From IMG/VR virus record IMGVR_UViG_3300023110_000006: a stretch of 64,000 nt of DNA. One strand, written 5' to 3'. Made by a program: the position numbers and the translations under genes. Below are positions 10,711-21,418 of this stretch, piece after piece (the first letter of the stretch is position 1; every line of letters starts with the position of its first letter). This DNA is from a virus. The notes beneath the pieces were generated by a model, which did not search any database, was not told the origin of the DNA, and worked only from the letters and a program-made list of their open reading frames with translations.

Positions 10711-11424
10711 ATGTCACAGTATGCAGGTAATGAAGCAGGTTATATTACAGGAAATTTAGACGGAAGGTTTTTTTACGGTCTTAGACGTACAGAACAAGGC
10801 GAACTGTTTTTTACAAAAATTGATCAAATGGATGCAACTGCTTCTTTACAAGTAAACAAACCAGGTGACCCTAGTAATAATTTTCCAGACTTTGAACAAG
10901 GACAAGATTTTTACGAAGGTAGAGATCAAAATCATGAAATAATATATGAAAACTTAAATTATGAACAATTTAGATGGGATAATAGACATATTAATTATTA
11001 CATCAATGACGATGGAGAATTTGTTGTACGTGTAAATGCAAAACATACATATTCAAATGATATTAGTAGTGACGGCTTAACAAACTATAATAAAAACTAT
11101 TATCAAGTAACTGTTGCAAATTCAGGCGGAAACAAATACTTCTTTAATGGTATACTAACTCCTACTTTAAATTTATATGAAGGACAAGTATACACATTTG
11201 GTCAAGCAGATGCTTCTAATAATACACACCCTCTAAGATTAAGCACAACAGCAGATGGTACACACAATGGTGGAGTGCAGTATACAACAGGAGTAGAAGT
11301 ATTTGGTACGCCAGGAGTTGAAGGAAGTTATGTGAAATTTACTGTTCCAGTAAATGCACCAACTTTATATTATTATTGCGTAAACCATCCAGGTATGGGT
11401 GGACAAATAAATACACTAACATAA
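10711..11424 (+). CDS. Virion protein with C-terminal cupredoxin-like domain (type-1 Cu ligand motif)
   Basis: THPLRLS...LYYYCVNHPGMGG gives His...Cys-x2-His-x2-Met; SD AAGGAG. Confidence 0.65.
   Translation: MSQYAGNEAGYITGNLDGRFFYGLRRTEQGELFFTKIDQMDATASLQVNKPGDPSNNFPDFEQGQDFYEGRDQNHEIIYENLNYEQFRWDNRHINYYINDDGEFVVRVNAKHTYSNDISSDGLTNYNKNYYQVTVANSGGNKYFFNGILTPTLNLYEGQVYTFGQADASNNTHPLRLSTTADGTHNGGVQYTTGVEVFGTPGVEGSYVKFTVPVNAPTLYYYCVNHPGMGGQINTLT
11406..11413 (+). promoter_or_regulatory. Late promoter motif AATAAATA
   Basis: In the 3' end of 10711, 30 nt before ATG 11443. Confidence 0.4.
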
Positions 11425-11442
11425 TGATTAGGAATGTAAAAA

Positions 11443-14400
11443 ATGGCTGAATTTAGAATAGATAGACTTCGTTTTAACTGGATAGGTACATGGAGCGCAG
11501 GCACAGTATATAGAAAAGATGATGTTGTGCAATATGGTGGTAAGGTATTTGTTGCACTAGCTAACCATACAGCGAGTGCAGATTTCAATGACGACCTAGA
11601 TAATTTTGTTGCAGGGGTTGCTACTCCTAAATGGGAACAAATGCTAGATGGATATGAATGGAAGGGCGAATGGCAACCTGAAACTTTTTATAAAGTACAT
11701 GATATTACAAAATATAGAGGAATAGTGTACACTTGTATTGACAGCCATACAAGCCAGGCTACTATTGCACTTGGTTTAGAATTCGATCAAGAAAAATGGA
11801 AAATATTTTCAAAAGGTCCTAATTATCTTGTAACATGGACAGCAAACACATATTATAAGAAAAATGATTTAATAAAATACGGTGGCAGTTTATATTCTTG
11901 TACACAAGATCATCAAAGTAACGATGCAGTCAACGGTTTAGAATTTGATATAGATAAATGGGCAATTTATAATAGAAGTGATAATTGGAAAAATATATGG
12001 ACAGTTAACACTAGATATGTAAAAGATGACATTGTAAGATATGGTGGTAACATATACAGATGTATTGTTGGTCACACAAGTAACAGCGACATACGAGAAG
12101 GTATCGGAACTGATTTAGGTTTAGATTCTTCTGTAGCAAAATGGGAATTAGTTGCAGAAGGAATTGAATACAAAGGAGCATGGTCAGGTTCACAATGGTA
12201 TAAAACAAATGACATTGTAACATATGGATCAAACTTGTATAGAGCAAGAAGAGGTATGAGTGGTACTGATACATTTGATGACACAGACGATTGGGATATT
12301 TGGTTACCTGGTTTAGGTTATGAAAATGTGTGGAGTGACAATGAAGTTTATCAACCAGGAGATGTAGTAACATACGGTGGGTATTCTTACATAGCATTAA
12401 CAATTAATATTGGTTCAAATCCAAGTGCATTTGATGTCCAACAAGACGGTGTTGGAGCAGATTGGGAAATTATAACTAGAGGTTACAATTTAAGAGGTGA
12501 ATGGGATATTTTAGTTCAATATAAACCTGGTGATGTTGTACGCAAAGGCGGCTACTTATACGAAGCACTTTTAAACATACTACCTGTTGAACAAACAGAA
12601 CCGGGCGATCCAGACAATGACACAACTGCAAGTTGGAGATTAATTACTACAGCGATTGCATGGAAAGGCGAATGGAAAGATTCTGCTAGTGAAGATAGTT
12701 CTTTTTTCCAATATTACCCCGGCGATGTAGTTATGGACGAAAGCATTTCTTATATTTGTAAAAAACAACACTATAGCAATATTATCGAAGCTAGACCAAA
12801 ATTTGATTTACAAAAAAATAGTCCAGGACCAGATTATTGGAGTGTTTATGCTGGAGCAAATGAAACTAGTGTAACTAATAATGTATTGCGTTACAAAGGT
12901 GATTTAAGAACTTACAGCGTTAGAGATGATGGTAGCACAGCTGGTCCTTCGAGACTAGCTATAGGAACATCTGGTAATGTACTTAAGGTAGATGAAGACA
13001 GTACATTAAAATGGGCTAATTTAGGAGAAATAAACAAAGTTTGGTATGTTGCTGGACAGGGAGAAGATATTCCTGAAAACGGCAGAAGCCAATCAACTCC
13101 TTTTAAAACAGTCAAATATGCACTACAGTATTTACAAGGTAATTTATTAGAAAGAACACCTGCTACTGTGTTTGTAGCAACAGGTGCATATAAAGAAATA
13201 CTTCCAATAGTTATACCAAAAGATGTTGCAGTAGTTGGAGACGAATTGCGTAGCACAACAATTATGCCTGCAGATGGATATGAAACTAGTGACATGTTTT
13301 ATATGCATAACGGTAGTGGATTAAGAAACTGTACATTACAAGGTTTAAACGGAACATTAGGAGATCCAAATGACAATTTAACTAGACGTCCGTCAGCTGG
13401 TGCTTACGTTTCATTAGACCCTACAGCAGGAGATCCAAGCCAAGACTATGCTTGGATTGAAACAAAATCTCCTTATGTACAAAACGTAACAACATTTGGT
13501 ACAGGATGTATAGGAATGAAAGTAGATGGTGATCTACACAACGGAGGCAATAAGTCAATAGTTGCAAATGACTTTACACAAATTTTAAGTGATGGTATTG
13601 GTTATTGGGCTAACGGTGAAGGTAAATCAGAACTTGTGTCAGTGTTTACGTACTATTGCCATATAGGTTACCTTTCAACTGATGGTGGTAAAGTTCGTGC
13701 ATTGAACGGAAATAATTCATATGGAGAGTATGGTTGTGTTGCTGAAGGTTATGATATAAATGAAACACCGATCACAGGATCTGTTGATAACAGAAGTAAA
13801 CAGGCACAAATTGCATTTACGTACACAAACAAAGATAAGGTATTTGGAGTTGCATATACAAATGCAGGAGAAGCATATACAAGTGCAACATTAAACATTG
13901 CTGGTAATGGTACAGGTTTTGCTTCAACATTGGACAGTGATATTAGAGACGGTGCAATTACTGAAATATTTGTTACAGAAGAAGATTCTAACTTTATTGG
14001 TGGTAGTAACTATACATTCCTAGCAAACAAAGCACAAATAGGAACAACAACGACACTTACACTTAGTGGCGCAGATGATCAAGATGATCCAAACAAATAT
14101 ATTGGTCAAAGACTTTTTATATATGACGGTAAAGGTACAGGACAGTACGGAAGAATTACAGGCCTTAACACAACAAATAAGATTGTAACTGTAGCAAAAG
14201 AATCAAATGGTGAACCAGGATGGGAACATGTTTCCGGAAGACCGATAGAAGCAAGCCTAAACGATACAACAAGATATTATATTGAGCCACGAGTAGATAT
14301 TTCTCCTCCTAATTACACTACAGGAACAGTAAGTTTAGGAAGCTCAGATACGTGGACAGATTGCGCTTCAGGAACTTATAATAGTTCACCTATATATGTA

Positions 14401-16311
14401 GCAACAGCAAATGAAGGTACTGTTGTAACTAGTAACGACGGTGAAGGTTGGAATCCAGCTACTACGTCAAATGGAAAATTTGTTGCAATAGCAAATGGAA
14501 ACATTTTTGTTGCGAACGATGCAGGTGCAGGTGATTACAGTACAGACGGCGGCGCTACATGGGCAAACAGCGGTAGTTTTACATATACCGGTGTTGTAAC
14601 AGATATAACTGGCAGACCAGATAATAATACAATGTTAGCAACACTAGGAGGTGGCGGAACTACTACCGATCTTGCACGTTCTAGTGATGGTGGCCAATCA
14701 TGGTCAACCGTTACACTTCCAACTTCAGATTTTTGGACTTGTACTGCCTACGGAAACGGAACTTGGGTAGCACTTGCAGGTACTGATAGTAATAGAAGCA
14801 ACAACTATGTCTATTCAACAGATGATGGATCAAATTGGACAGCAGGTACGTTGCCAGCAACTAGCGCATGGAGCCATGTAACTTTTGCAAAAGACAGATT
14901 TGTAGCAATTACAAATAAAACAGATAGTTCAGTAGCAGAAACAGCAGTAAGCTATGATGGTATAACTTGGTACGAAGGATCTATGGAGCCAGGCGAATGG
15001 TCAGGCATTGCATGGAACAATGGTACATTTTTATGTCCAAAAAGTGATACAGGCGCATCATCAGATGTTATTGCAGTAAGTAGAGACGGGTTTCATTGGA
15101 CATCTAAACTAGTTGACTCTGCATTTGAAAAACGCGGAGGTGTTATTGCAACACAAAATGGAGTATGGATTATTCCTACTGCTACAGAAGCAAATGCTGT
15201 TAAAATTAATTACGGAACACCAGCTTTGGCTAGAGCGTCTGTTGCAAGTGGTAGAATAGGATCTTTTTACATACACGAGACAGGATCAAATTACACAGAC
15301 ACTCCAACTGTAACAGTTTTTGATAATACAAAAACATCAGATGTAACAGTTAATCCTAGGGTAGGCAATGGTGTGCTATCACAACCAGCTATAACTAATT
15401 TTGGTAGTAACTACTTTAGATCTAGTGCTACAGTCAGCGGTGACGGTTATGCAGATCTATTGCAAATTGCAGATGAATTAATAGTTACTGGAATCTCAAA
15501 ACTTCCAGGACCTGGTGATAATATTACCATAGGCGGCATTGACGATGTTACATATTTTGTTGTTAAAATTAAAGAATCTAGTGGAGGTGTAGGTAACTAT
15601 AATCTAACACTTCAAATTAGTCCTAATTTAGGTAGAGCAGAAGCTCCAACTCACGGAGAAAATGTTGTTATAAGACAAAAATACAGTCAAATTAGATTGA
15701 CTGGACATGATTTCTTAGACATAGGTACAGGTAACTTTGGAAGTACAAATTATCCAGGATTATATGTGTTTGGATACGATCCAGATGCAAATGCTGAACC
15801 AAAACAGTTCCAAGAAGTTGTACAATTCAACGGTGGTCGTGTGTTCTATACAAGTACAGACCAAGACGGTAACTTTAGAGTTGGTGAACTATTTGAAGTT
15901 GAACAGGCTACAGGTACAATTAGTATTAATGCGGCATTCTTTGAACTAGATGGTTTAGAAGAACTTAGACTAGGCGGTGTTGTACTAGGTGGTACAGGTG
16001 CTGTGGTTAGAGAATTTTCAACTGATCCAACCTTTGCGGCAAACAGTAATAACATTGTTCCAACACAAAAAGCTATTGCCGCATATGTACAATCTAGAGT
16101 ATCATCAGGTGGATCTGATTTGAAAGTAAACAGACTTAATGCAGGTAATATTAGCTTCGAAGGCAATAAAATTTTCAAAGTACTAGGAGGTTCAATTAGT
16201 ACTTTAGTACCTGTAAACTTTAAACAAGGAGTTGATGGTGAAATTGCGGCACAAGCATACTTTAGATTTGGTGGCGTTGGCGCAGTAGGCGGAAACTTTG
16301 TGGAAGAATAA
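11443..16311 (+). CDS. Large fibre/baseplate appendage protein: CBM5/12-like W..Y..D.V.YGG repeats, beta-helix, BNR/Asp-box propeller
   Basis: 1622 aa; Asp-box-like motifs TSNDGEGW, YSTDGGATW, RSSDGGQSW, YSTDDGSNW, VSYDGITW, VSRDGFHW; paralogue of 16346. Confidence 0.7.
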   Translation: MAEFRIDRLRFNWIGTWSAGTVYRKDDVVQYGGKVFVALANHTASADFNDDLDNFVAGVATPKWEQMLDGYEWKGEWQPETFYKVHDITKYRGIVYTCIDSHTSQATIALGLEFDQEKWKIFSKGPNYLVTWTANTYYKKNDLIKYGGSLYSCTQDHQSNDAVNGLEFDIDKWAIYNRSDNWKNIWTVNTRYVKDDIVRYGGNIYRCIVGHTSNSDIREGIGTDLGLDSSVAKWELVAEGIEYKGAWSGSQWYKTNDIVTYGSNLYRARRGMSGTDTFDDTDDWDIWLPGLGYENVWSDNEVYQPGDVVTYGGYSYIALTINIGSNPSAFDVQQDGVGADWEIITRGYNLRGEWDILVQYKPGDVVRKGGYLYEALLNILPVEQTEPGDPDNDTTASWRLITTAIAWKGEWKDSASEDSSFFQYYPGDVVMDESISYICKKQHYSNIIEARPKFDLQKNSPGPDYWSVYAGANETSVTNNVLRYKGDLRTYSVRDDGSTAGPSRLAIGTSGNVLKVDEDSTLKWANLGEINKVWYVAGQGEDIPENGRSQSTPFKTVKYALQYLQGNLLERTPATVFVATGAYKEILPIVIPKDVAVVGDELRSTTIMPADGYETSDMFYMHNGSGLRNCTLQGLNGTLGDPNDNLTRRPSAGAYVSLDPTAGDPSQDYAWIETKSPYVQNVTTFGTGCIGMKVDGDLHNGGNKSIVANDFTQILSDGIGYWANGEGKSELVSVFTYYCHIGYLSTDGGKVRALNGNNSYGEYGCVAEGYDINETPITGSVDNRSKQAQIAFTYTNKDKVFGVAYTNAGEAYTSATLNIAGNGTGFASTLDSDIRDGAITEIFVTEEDSNFIGGSNYTFLANKAQIGTTTTLTLSGADDQDDPNKYIGQRLFIYDGKGTGQYGRITGLNTTNKIVTVAKESNGEPGWEHVSGRPIEASLNDTTRYYIEPRVDISPPNYTTGTVSLGSSDTWTDCASGTYNSSPIYVATANEGTVVTSNDGEGWNPATTSNGKFVAIANGNIFVANDAGAGDYSTDGGATWANSGSFTYTGVVTDITGRPDNNTMLATLGGGGTTTDLARSSDGGQSWSTVTLPTSDFWTCTAYGNGTWVALAGTDSNRSNNYVYSTDDGSNWTAGTLPATSAWSHVTFAKDRFVAITNKTDSSVAETAVSYDGITWYEGSMEPGEWSGIAWNNGTFLCPKSDTGASSDVIAVSRDGFHWTSKLVDSAFEKRGGVIATQNGVWIIPTATEANAVKINYGTPALARASVASGRIGSFYIHETGSNYTDTPTVTVFDNTKTSDVTVNPRVGNGVLSQPAITNFGSNYFRSSATVSGDGYADLLQIADELIVTGISKLPGPGDNITIGGIDDVTYFVVKIKESSGGVGNYNLTLQISPNLGRAEAPTHGENVVIRQKYSQIRLTGHDFLDIGTGNFGSTNYPGLYVFGYDPDANAEPKQFQEVVQFNGGRVFYTSTDQDGNFRVGELFEVEQATGTISINAAFFELDGLEELRLGGVVLGGTGAVVREFSTDPTFAANSNNIVPTQKAIAAYVQSRVSSGGSDLKVNRLNAGNISFEGNKIFKVLGGSISTLVPVNFKQGVDGEIAAQAYFRFGGVGAVGGNFVEE

Positions 16312-16316
16312 GATAT

Positions 16317-16324
16317 GATAAATA
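16317..16324 (+). promoter_or_regulatory. Late promoter motif GATAAATA
   Basis: Intergenic, before SD GGAG and ATG 16346. Confidence 0.7.
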
Positions 16325-16345
16325 TAACATACACTGGAGTAATCA

Positions 16346-19300
16346 ATGGCTGAATTTAAACTTGGTAGAATACGTTTTATATGGAAGGACGAATGGTCTG
16401 AAAGTACAACTTATTACAAAGACGATGTAATAAGATATGGCGGTAGAACGTTTATGTGTGTTGTAGGACACATTTCGCAGACTGACTTTATGTTGGATCT
16501 AAATGATGCAACACCTAAGTGGCAACAGTTTGCAGACGGTCAAACATGGAGAGGCGATTGGGCTCCACAAACAGTTTATAAAATTAATGATATTGTAAAA
16601 TATGGCGGTCAGTTATATATTGCAAACACAGGACATATTTCAGACACAGATACTATTGGTGGATTAGAAAGTAATTTAGGAGATGACAGTACTTCAGCCT
16701 ACTGGGATCTATTTGGAGAAGGTTTTGATTACAAAGGTGACTGGACAAACGCAACTAGATATAAAGTTAACGATATTGTAAAATATGGTTCTAGAGTTTA
16801 CATATGTACAGTTTATCATGTTAGTGCGGCTGATATAGTTACTGGTTTAGAAGTTGATCAAGCTAAATGGGATGTTATTAGTGATGGTTTTGCTTGGAAA
16901 GCAGATTGGACAATTAATACAAGATATAAAGTTGGCGATTTAGTTAAGTACGGCGGTCAGGTATATAATTGTAATCAAGGACATACGTCTGCCGCAACTG
17001 CAACATTAGGACTTGAAGCTGATCAGTCTAAATGGGATTACTATCACAAAGGAATTGAATACAAAGGTGATTGGACAAGTGCAACACGCTATAAAATTAA
17101 TGACGTTGTAAAAGATTCAGGAACAATTTGGATTTGTACAACTTATCATACATCTAGTGTGTCTCCAAATTTAACAGCCGATGAGGCAAATTGGGCCGTG
17201 TTTGTTCCAGGATTAGAATTCGAGGACACTTGGGGTCCTTATTCAAATTATCAAATTGGTGATATTGTAACATACGGTGGTTACACTTATATTGCTAAAA
17301 CAAATAACTCACAACAAAAACCAGCAGAACAACCTACACACTGGGATGTTTTCATTACAGGATTTAATCTCCGCGGAGATTGGGGTGATGATTCTACTAG
17401 CCAAGATTACAGAACAGGTGACGTTGTAAGACTCGGAGGTTGGACATATCTTGCAATAGCAAATTCAAACGGCATCAAACCACCTAATACTACATATTGG
17501 GAAAAATTAAATGAAGGTGCAAGTTGGAAAGATACTTGGACAGATGCTACTGATTATAACAAAGGTGACGTAGTGCAACAAGGTGTAAATTCTTACATCT
17601 GTGTTCTTGAACATACATCAAGCAATAGTGTTAATGATCCTGCTACAGATGTTGCAGGCACTTATTGGAATTTCTTTAGTGGCGGTGCAGAATCAGGAAA
17701 TTTAACTACAGCAGGTGATATTGTTTATTATGGAGGCTCTGGTCCAGTTAGGTTACCAGCAGGAAGTCCAGGACAAGTTTTAAAAGTAAATGATGCAGGT
17801 GATGCACCAGAATGGACAAGTTTTGGTTCGATTAATCATGTATACTATGTTGACACACAAAGTGGAGTTGACAATAGAACACCTGATAGAGGTATTACGT
17901 TAGATAGACCATTCAAAACAGTAAGATTTGCTTGTGAACAAATTGAATTAGGATCTGCAAATGCTGATGATAGATATCTAATGGAAGTAAATAGAGCATT
18001 TATACAGGCAGAGACAGTAGAATGGGTTGACTATCAAATAGCAAATGCCATTGCACCTTTTACTGGTGCATTTACATACAATAAAGATAAGTGTCGTAGA
18101 GATACAGGTATTATTGTTGATGCAATAGCATGGGACATCAGTCATGGTGGTAATGTTAGATCAAGAGAATCAGCATTATCTTACTTTACTACAGGTGGTT
18201 TAAGTTATATTAGCGGACAAGAAGCTGAAACAGTAGCGGCTTTACAATATGCAGAAACTGTTATTCAAAATGTTTTAGAAAAAACTGACCCTACTAACAA
18301 TTACCAAACATTAAATTCTGTTGCAAGTCCTATTACACAGGTTAAACCAACAGGATATACTACAAATAATATAGATACTGTTGTAGCTAATTTGTTTGAT
18401 ATTATTACAGATGCAATTACAGCAGGAAATACAAATAATGTTCCAGCAGAACTTAAAGCAAACAAAACAATTTTTGTAAAAACTGGACAATACAACGAAG
18501 TACTTCCGATTATAGTACCTGAAGATACTGCGGTTGTAGGAGACGAATTACGTTCAACTAAAATATCTCCAGCAGGTAGTTTAGTAGCGGGTAGTGATGT
18601 TGCCTATAGTTTAGCATCGATAGCAAGAATAAGAGATATTGCTAGTGATATTGTAACAAACGTTTCCATTACAAAATCAGCAGGCAACGCAGAAACACAA
18701 GTTACTTCAAGACCTGCAGGTAGTGCAGGAGCAGGCACAGCGGCGGCGGCGTTATTCCAAGAAATTTATGATTATATTGATTGGGCAATCAATGGTGCGA
18801 CAGGAGATTCTACAGAACCAACTAAACGTGGTTCAAATACTCCTGAAACGTCTACAGATTACACATATGCTATTGAAGTACTTGAACAAAACAAAGATTT
18901 TATAGTAGCAGAAGTACATGCTTATATTGCTGTAACATATCCAGCTTATACATACGATATTGCGGCATGTTCTAGAGATGTAAGAGCATACATTGATGCA
19001 GTCAAATTTGATTTGAAATACACTGGTAACTATAAATCATTACTTGCGGCACTTTATTATACAAACAGTGTAGGCGGTAGTACATTAAATGATGTTTTCT
19101 TTATGAGAAATGCTACAGGACTTAGAAACTGTACACTAACAGGACTTGTTGGTAACCTTTCAGTAGCAAATGCTTACGGTACAAAACGCCCAACAGCAGG
19201 TGCTTATGTGTCACTTGACCCAGGTTGGGGTCCAACACACGAAGCAGTATGGATTAAAAACAAATCACCTTATGTACAAAACGTATCAACTTTTGGTACA

Positions 19301-21418
19301 GCATGTATTGGAATGAAAGTTGATGGAAACTTACACGACGGTGGTAATGACTCAATTGTTGCTAACGACTTTACACAAATTCTAAGTGATGGTATTGGTT
19401 ACTGGGTAACAAATCTAGGACGTTCAGAACTTGTTTCAGTGTTTACATACTACTGTCATATCGGTTATCTAGCAGAAGAAGGTGGTAAAATACGTGCTAC
19501 AAATGGTAACAATTCTTATGGTGACTTTGGTTCAGTAGCAGAAGGTATTGATCAAACTGAAGTTCCTATTTTAGGTGAAGTTGACAACCAACAATTAGAA
19601 GCACAAATAGCTTTTGTACAAACCGACGGTGCTAATGAAATTTTACAATTAGAATATTTGAATGCTGGTACTGGTTATACAGATACAAGTACAGCAATCG
19701 TAAGTATAACAAACATAGGCGGTACTGATAATCTTAGAACACCTGGAACATACAAAGGTATAGTAGGTTCTAGTGCAGGATCTGGTACTGGACAAGAATT
19801 TGATGTTACAGTAGGTAATGTTGGTGAAATAGAATTACTTACAATTATCAAAGGCGGTACAGGACATGCTCCAACAGATACTATTACTATTTCAGATAGT
19901 CTTTTAGGAGGCGGCGGAGCGGCTGACTTAACATTTGATGTTGATACCATAGGAGCGGCAACTAGATATACACTAGCTGGTGAAGGTTTTGGAGCGGCAG
20001 TAAGTGGTGTTACAGTTAGAAATGGTGGTGTATTTGAAGTACAACTTGAAGAAGATTCAACAGTGTACGGTGGAGATGGTTTTGTAACTACTGCATCAAA
20101 TGCACAAGCAGGTAATACAACGCAAATTACACTAGCGGCAACTGATGTACAACCTACAGGAGCATACAACGGAATGATGATCTATCTAGTCAGTGGACTA
20201 GGTGCAGGTCAATACGGTGTAATTGATACTTTTGATGCGGCAACAAAAATTGCTACTATAACAAAAGAATCAGATGGTACACCGGGATGGGAACATATTA
20301 TTGGTAACGCTATTGAAGCAACACTTGATGCAACATCTGCATATGATATTACACCAAGAGTAATTTTTGATGCTCCATCTAGCGGTACAAGAGCAAGAGG
20401 TCGTGCAAGAGTTGCAGACGAAAAAGTTGTTGAAGTCAAAATAATCGAACCAGGAAGTGGATATAGTTCACCTCCACAAATGACTATTATTGATCCAAAT
20501 TCTACAGTTCTTGTTCCTCACACTGTAAGAATAGGAAACGGAGTTTTAGGACAGCCTACATTCTCTAACAGAGGTACAGGATTTGTTACAGCAAGTGCAG
20601 AAGTTGTTGGTGACGGTTTTGCAGATATTAGACAATTAGGAACAAAAATAAGAGTTGATAATTTAGGTAGTATACCACAAAAAGGTGCAAATGTTGAATT
20701 TGCAAGTTTACCTAACAGATGGTTTAAACTAGTGTCAATTACAAACTTAACAGGTAATAGTCCTTATCAAGCTCTACTACAAATTAGTCCTGCATTAGAA
20801 GCAGACGAAAGACCACCACATCAAGATCAAATTACAATTAGACGTAGATATTCACAAGTTCGTTTAACTGGACACGATTTCCTTGATATTGGTACTGGTA
20901 ACTTTACACAAACAAATTATCCAGGAGATCCATTATCAGCTCCTCAACCTGATAGAGAAACTAATGATTTCGGTGGAGGAAGAGTATTCTATACATCCAC
21001 TGACCAAGATGGTAACTTTAGAGTTGGTGGATTGTTTAATGTTGAACAGGCAACTGGTATTGCAACATTGAACGTTGAAGCGTTTAACATTTCAGGTTTG
21101 AACGAGCTACAACTGGGTAGTGTGGCACTTGGTGGAGCAGGAGCAGTAATTACTGAATTTAGCACTGACGGAACGTTTAGTGCAGACTCGGACAGTATTG
21201 TTCCTACACAAAAGGCTATTAAAACTTACATCACATCACAAATTGGTGGTGGTGTTGCTACATTGAATGTGAACAGTGTAACAGCAGGTGTGGTTGAAAT
21301 TACAGGAGATCAAATTTCAACAACGTCCGGCGGTAAGATAAATATAGAAAACACAGTAAACTTTAAAGGCGGCATAGATGGTGCACCAGTAGCACTACAA
21401 ATGTTCCTACTAAACTAA
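16346..21418 (+). CDS. Large fibre/baseplate appendage protein: CBM5/12-like repeats, beta-helix, helical CxRD-repeat insert
   Basis: 1690 aa; shares KSPYVQNV, SIVANDFTQILSDGIGYW, RLTGHDFLDIGTGNF and YTSTDQDGNFRVG with 11443. Confidence 0.7.
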   Translation: MAEFKLGRIRFIWKDEWSESTTYYKDDVIRYGGRTFMCVVGHISQTDFMLDLNDATPKWQQFADGQTWRGDWAPQTVYKINDIVKYGGQLYIANTGHISDTDTIGGLESNLGDDSTSAYWDLFGEGFDYKGDWTNATRYKVNDIVKYGSRVYICTVYHVSAADIVTGLEVDQAKWDVISDGFAWKADWTINTRYKVGDLVKYGGQVYNCNQGHTSAATATLGLEADQSKWDYYHKGIEYKGDWTSATRYKINDVVKDSGTIWICTTYHTSSVSPNLTADEANWAVFVPGLEFEDTWGPYSNYQIGDIVTYGGYTYIAKTNNSQQKPAEQPTHWDVFITGFNLRGDWGDDSTSQDYRTGDVVRLGGWTYLAIANSNGIKPPNTTYWEKLNEGASWKDTWTDATDYNKGDVVQQGVNSYICVLEHTSSNSVNDPATDVAGTYWNFFSGGAESGNLTTAGDIVYYGGSGPVRLPAGSPGQVLKVNDAGDAPEWTSFGSINHVYYVDTQSGVDNRTPDRGITLDRPFKTVRFACEQIELGSANADDRYLMEVNRAFIQAETVEWVDYQIANAIAPFTGAFTYNKDKCRRDTGIIVDAIAWDISHGGNVRSRESALSYFTTGGLSYISGQEAETVAALQYAETVIQNVLEKTDPTNNYQTLNSVASPITQVKPTGYTTNNIDTVVANLFDIITDAITAGNTNNVPAELKANKTIFVKTGQYNEVLPIIVPEDTAVVGDELRSTKISPAGSLVAGSDVAYSLASIARIRDIASDIVTNVSITKSAGNAETQVTSRPAGSAGAGTAAAALFQEIYDYIDWAINGATGDSTEPTKRGSNTPETSTDYTYAIEVLEQNKDFIVAEVHAYIAVTYPAYTYDIAACSRDVRAYIDAVKFDLKYTGNYKSLLAALYYTNSVGGSTLNDVFFMRNATGLRNCTLTGLVGNLSVANAYGTKRPTAGAYVSLDPGWGPTHEAVWIKNKSPYVQNVSTFGTACIGMKVDGNLHDGGNDSIVANDFTQILSDGIGYWVTNLGRSELVSVFTYYCHIGYLAEEGGKIRATNGNNSYGDFGSVAEGIDQTEVPILGEVDNQQLEAQIAFVQTDGANEILQLEYLNAGTGYTDTSTAIVSITNIGGTDNLRTPGTYKGIVGSSAGSGTGQEFDVTVGNVGEIELLTIIKGGTGHAPTDTITISDSLLGGGGAADLTFDVDTIGAATRYTLAGEGFGAAVSGVTVRNGGVFEVQLEEDSTVYGGDGFVTTASNAQAGNTTQITLAATDVQPTGAYNGMMIYLVSGLGAGQYGVIDTFDAATKIATITKESDGTPGWEHIIGNAIEATLDATSAYDITPRVIFDAPSSGTRARGRARVADEKVVEVKIIEPGSGYSSPPQMTIIDPNSTVLVPHTVRIGNGVLGQPTFSNRGTGFVTASAEVVGDGFADIRQLGTKIRVDNLGSIPQKGANVEFASLPNRWFKLVSITNLTGNSPYQALLQISPALEADERPPHQDQITIRRRYSQVRLTGHDFLDIGTGNFTQTNYPGDPLSAPQPDRETNDFGGGRVFYTSTDQDGNFRVGGLFNVEQATGIATLNVEAFNISGLNELQLGSVALGGAGAVITEFSTDGTFSADSDSIVPTQKAIKTYITSQIGGGVATLNVNSVTAGVVEITGDQISTTSGGKINIENTVNFKGGIDGAPVALQMFLLN

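Noticed and set aside
21337-21344. Intragenic GATAAATA near the end of 16346 (and GGTAAATA at 60866)
   Set aside because: Could be internal late promoters, but chance occurrence in AT-rich coding DNA cannot be excluded
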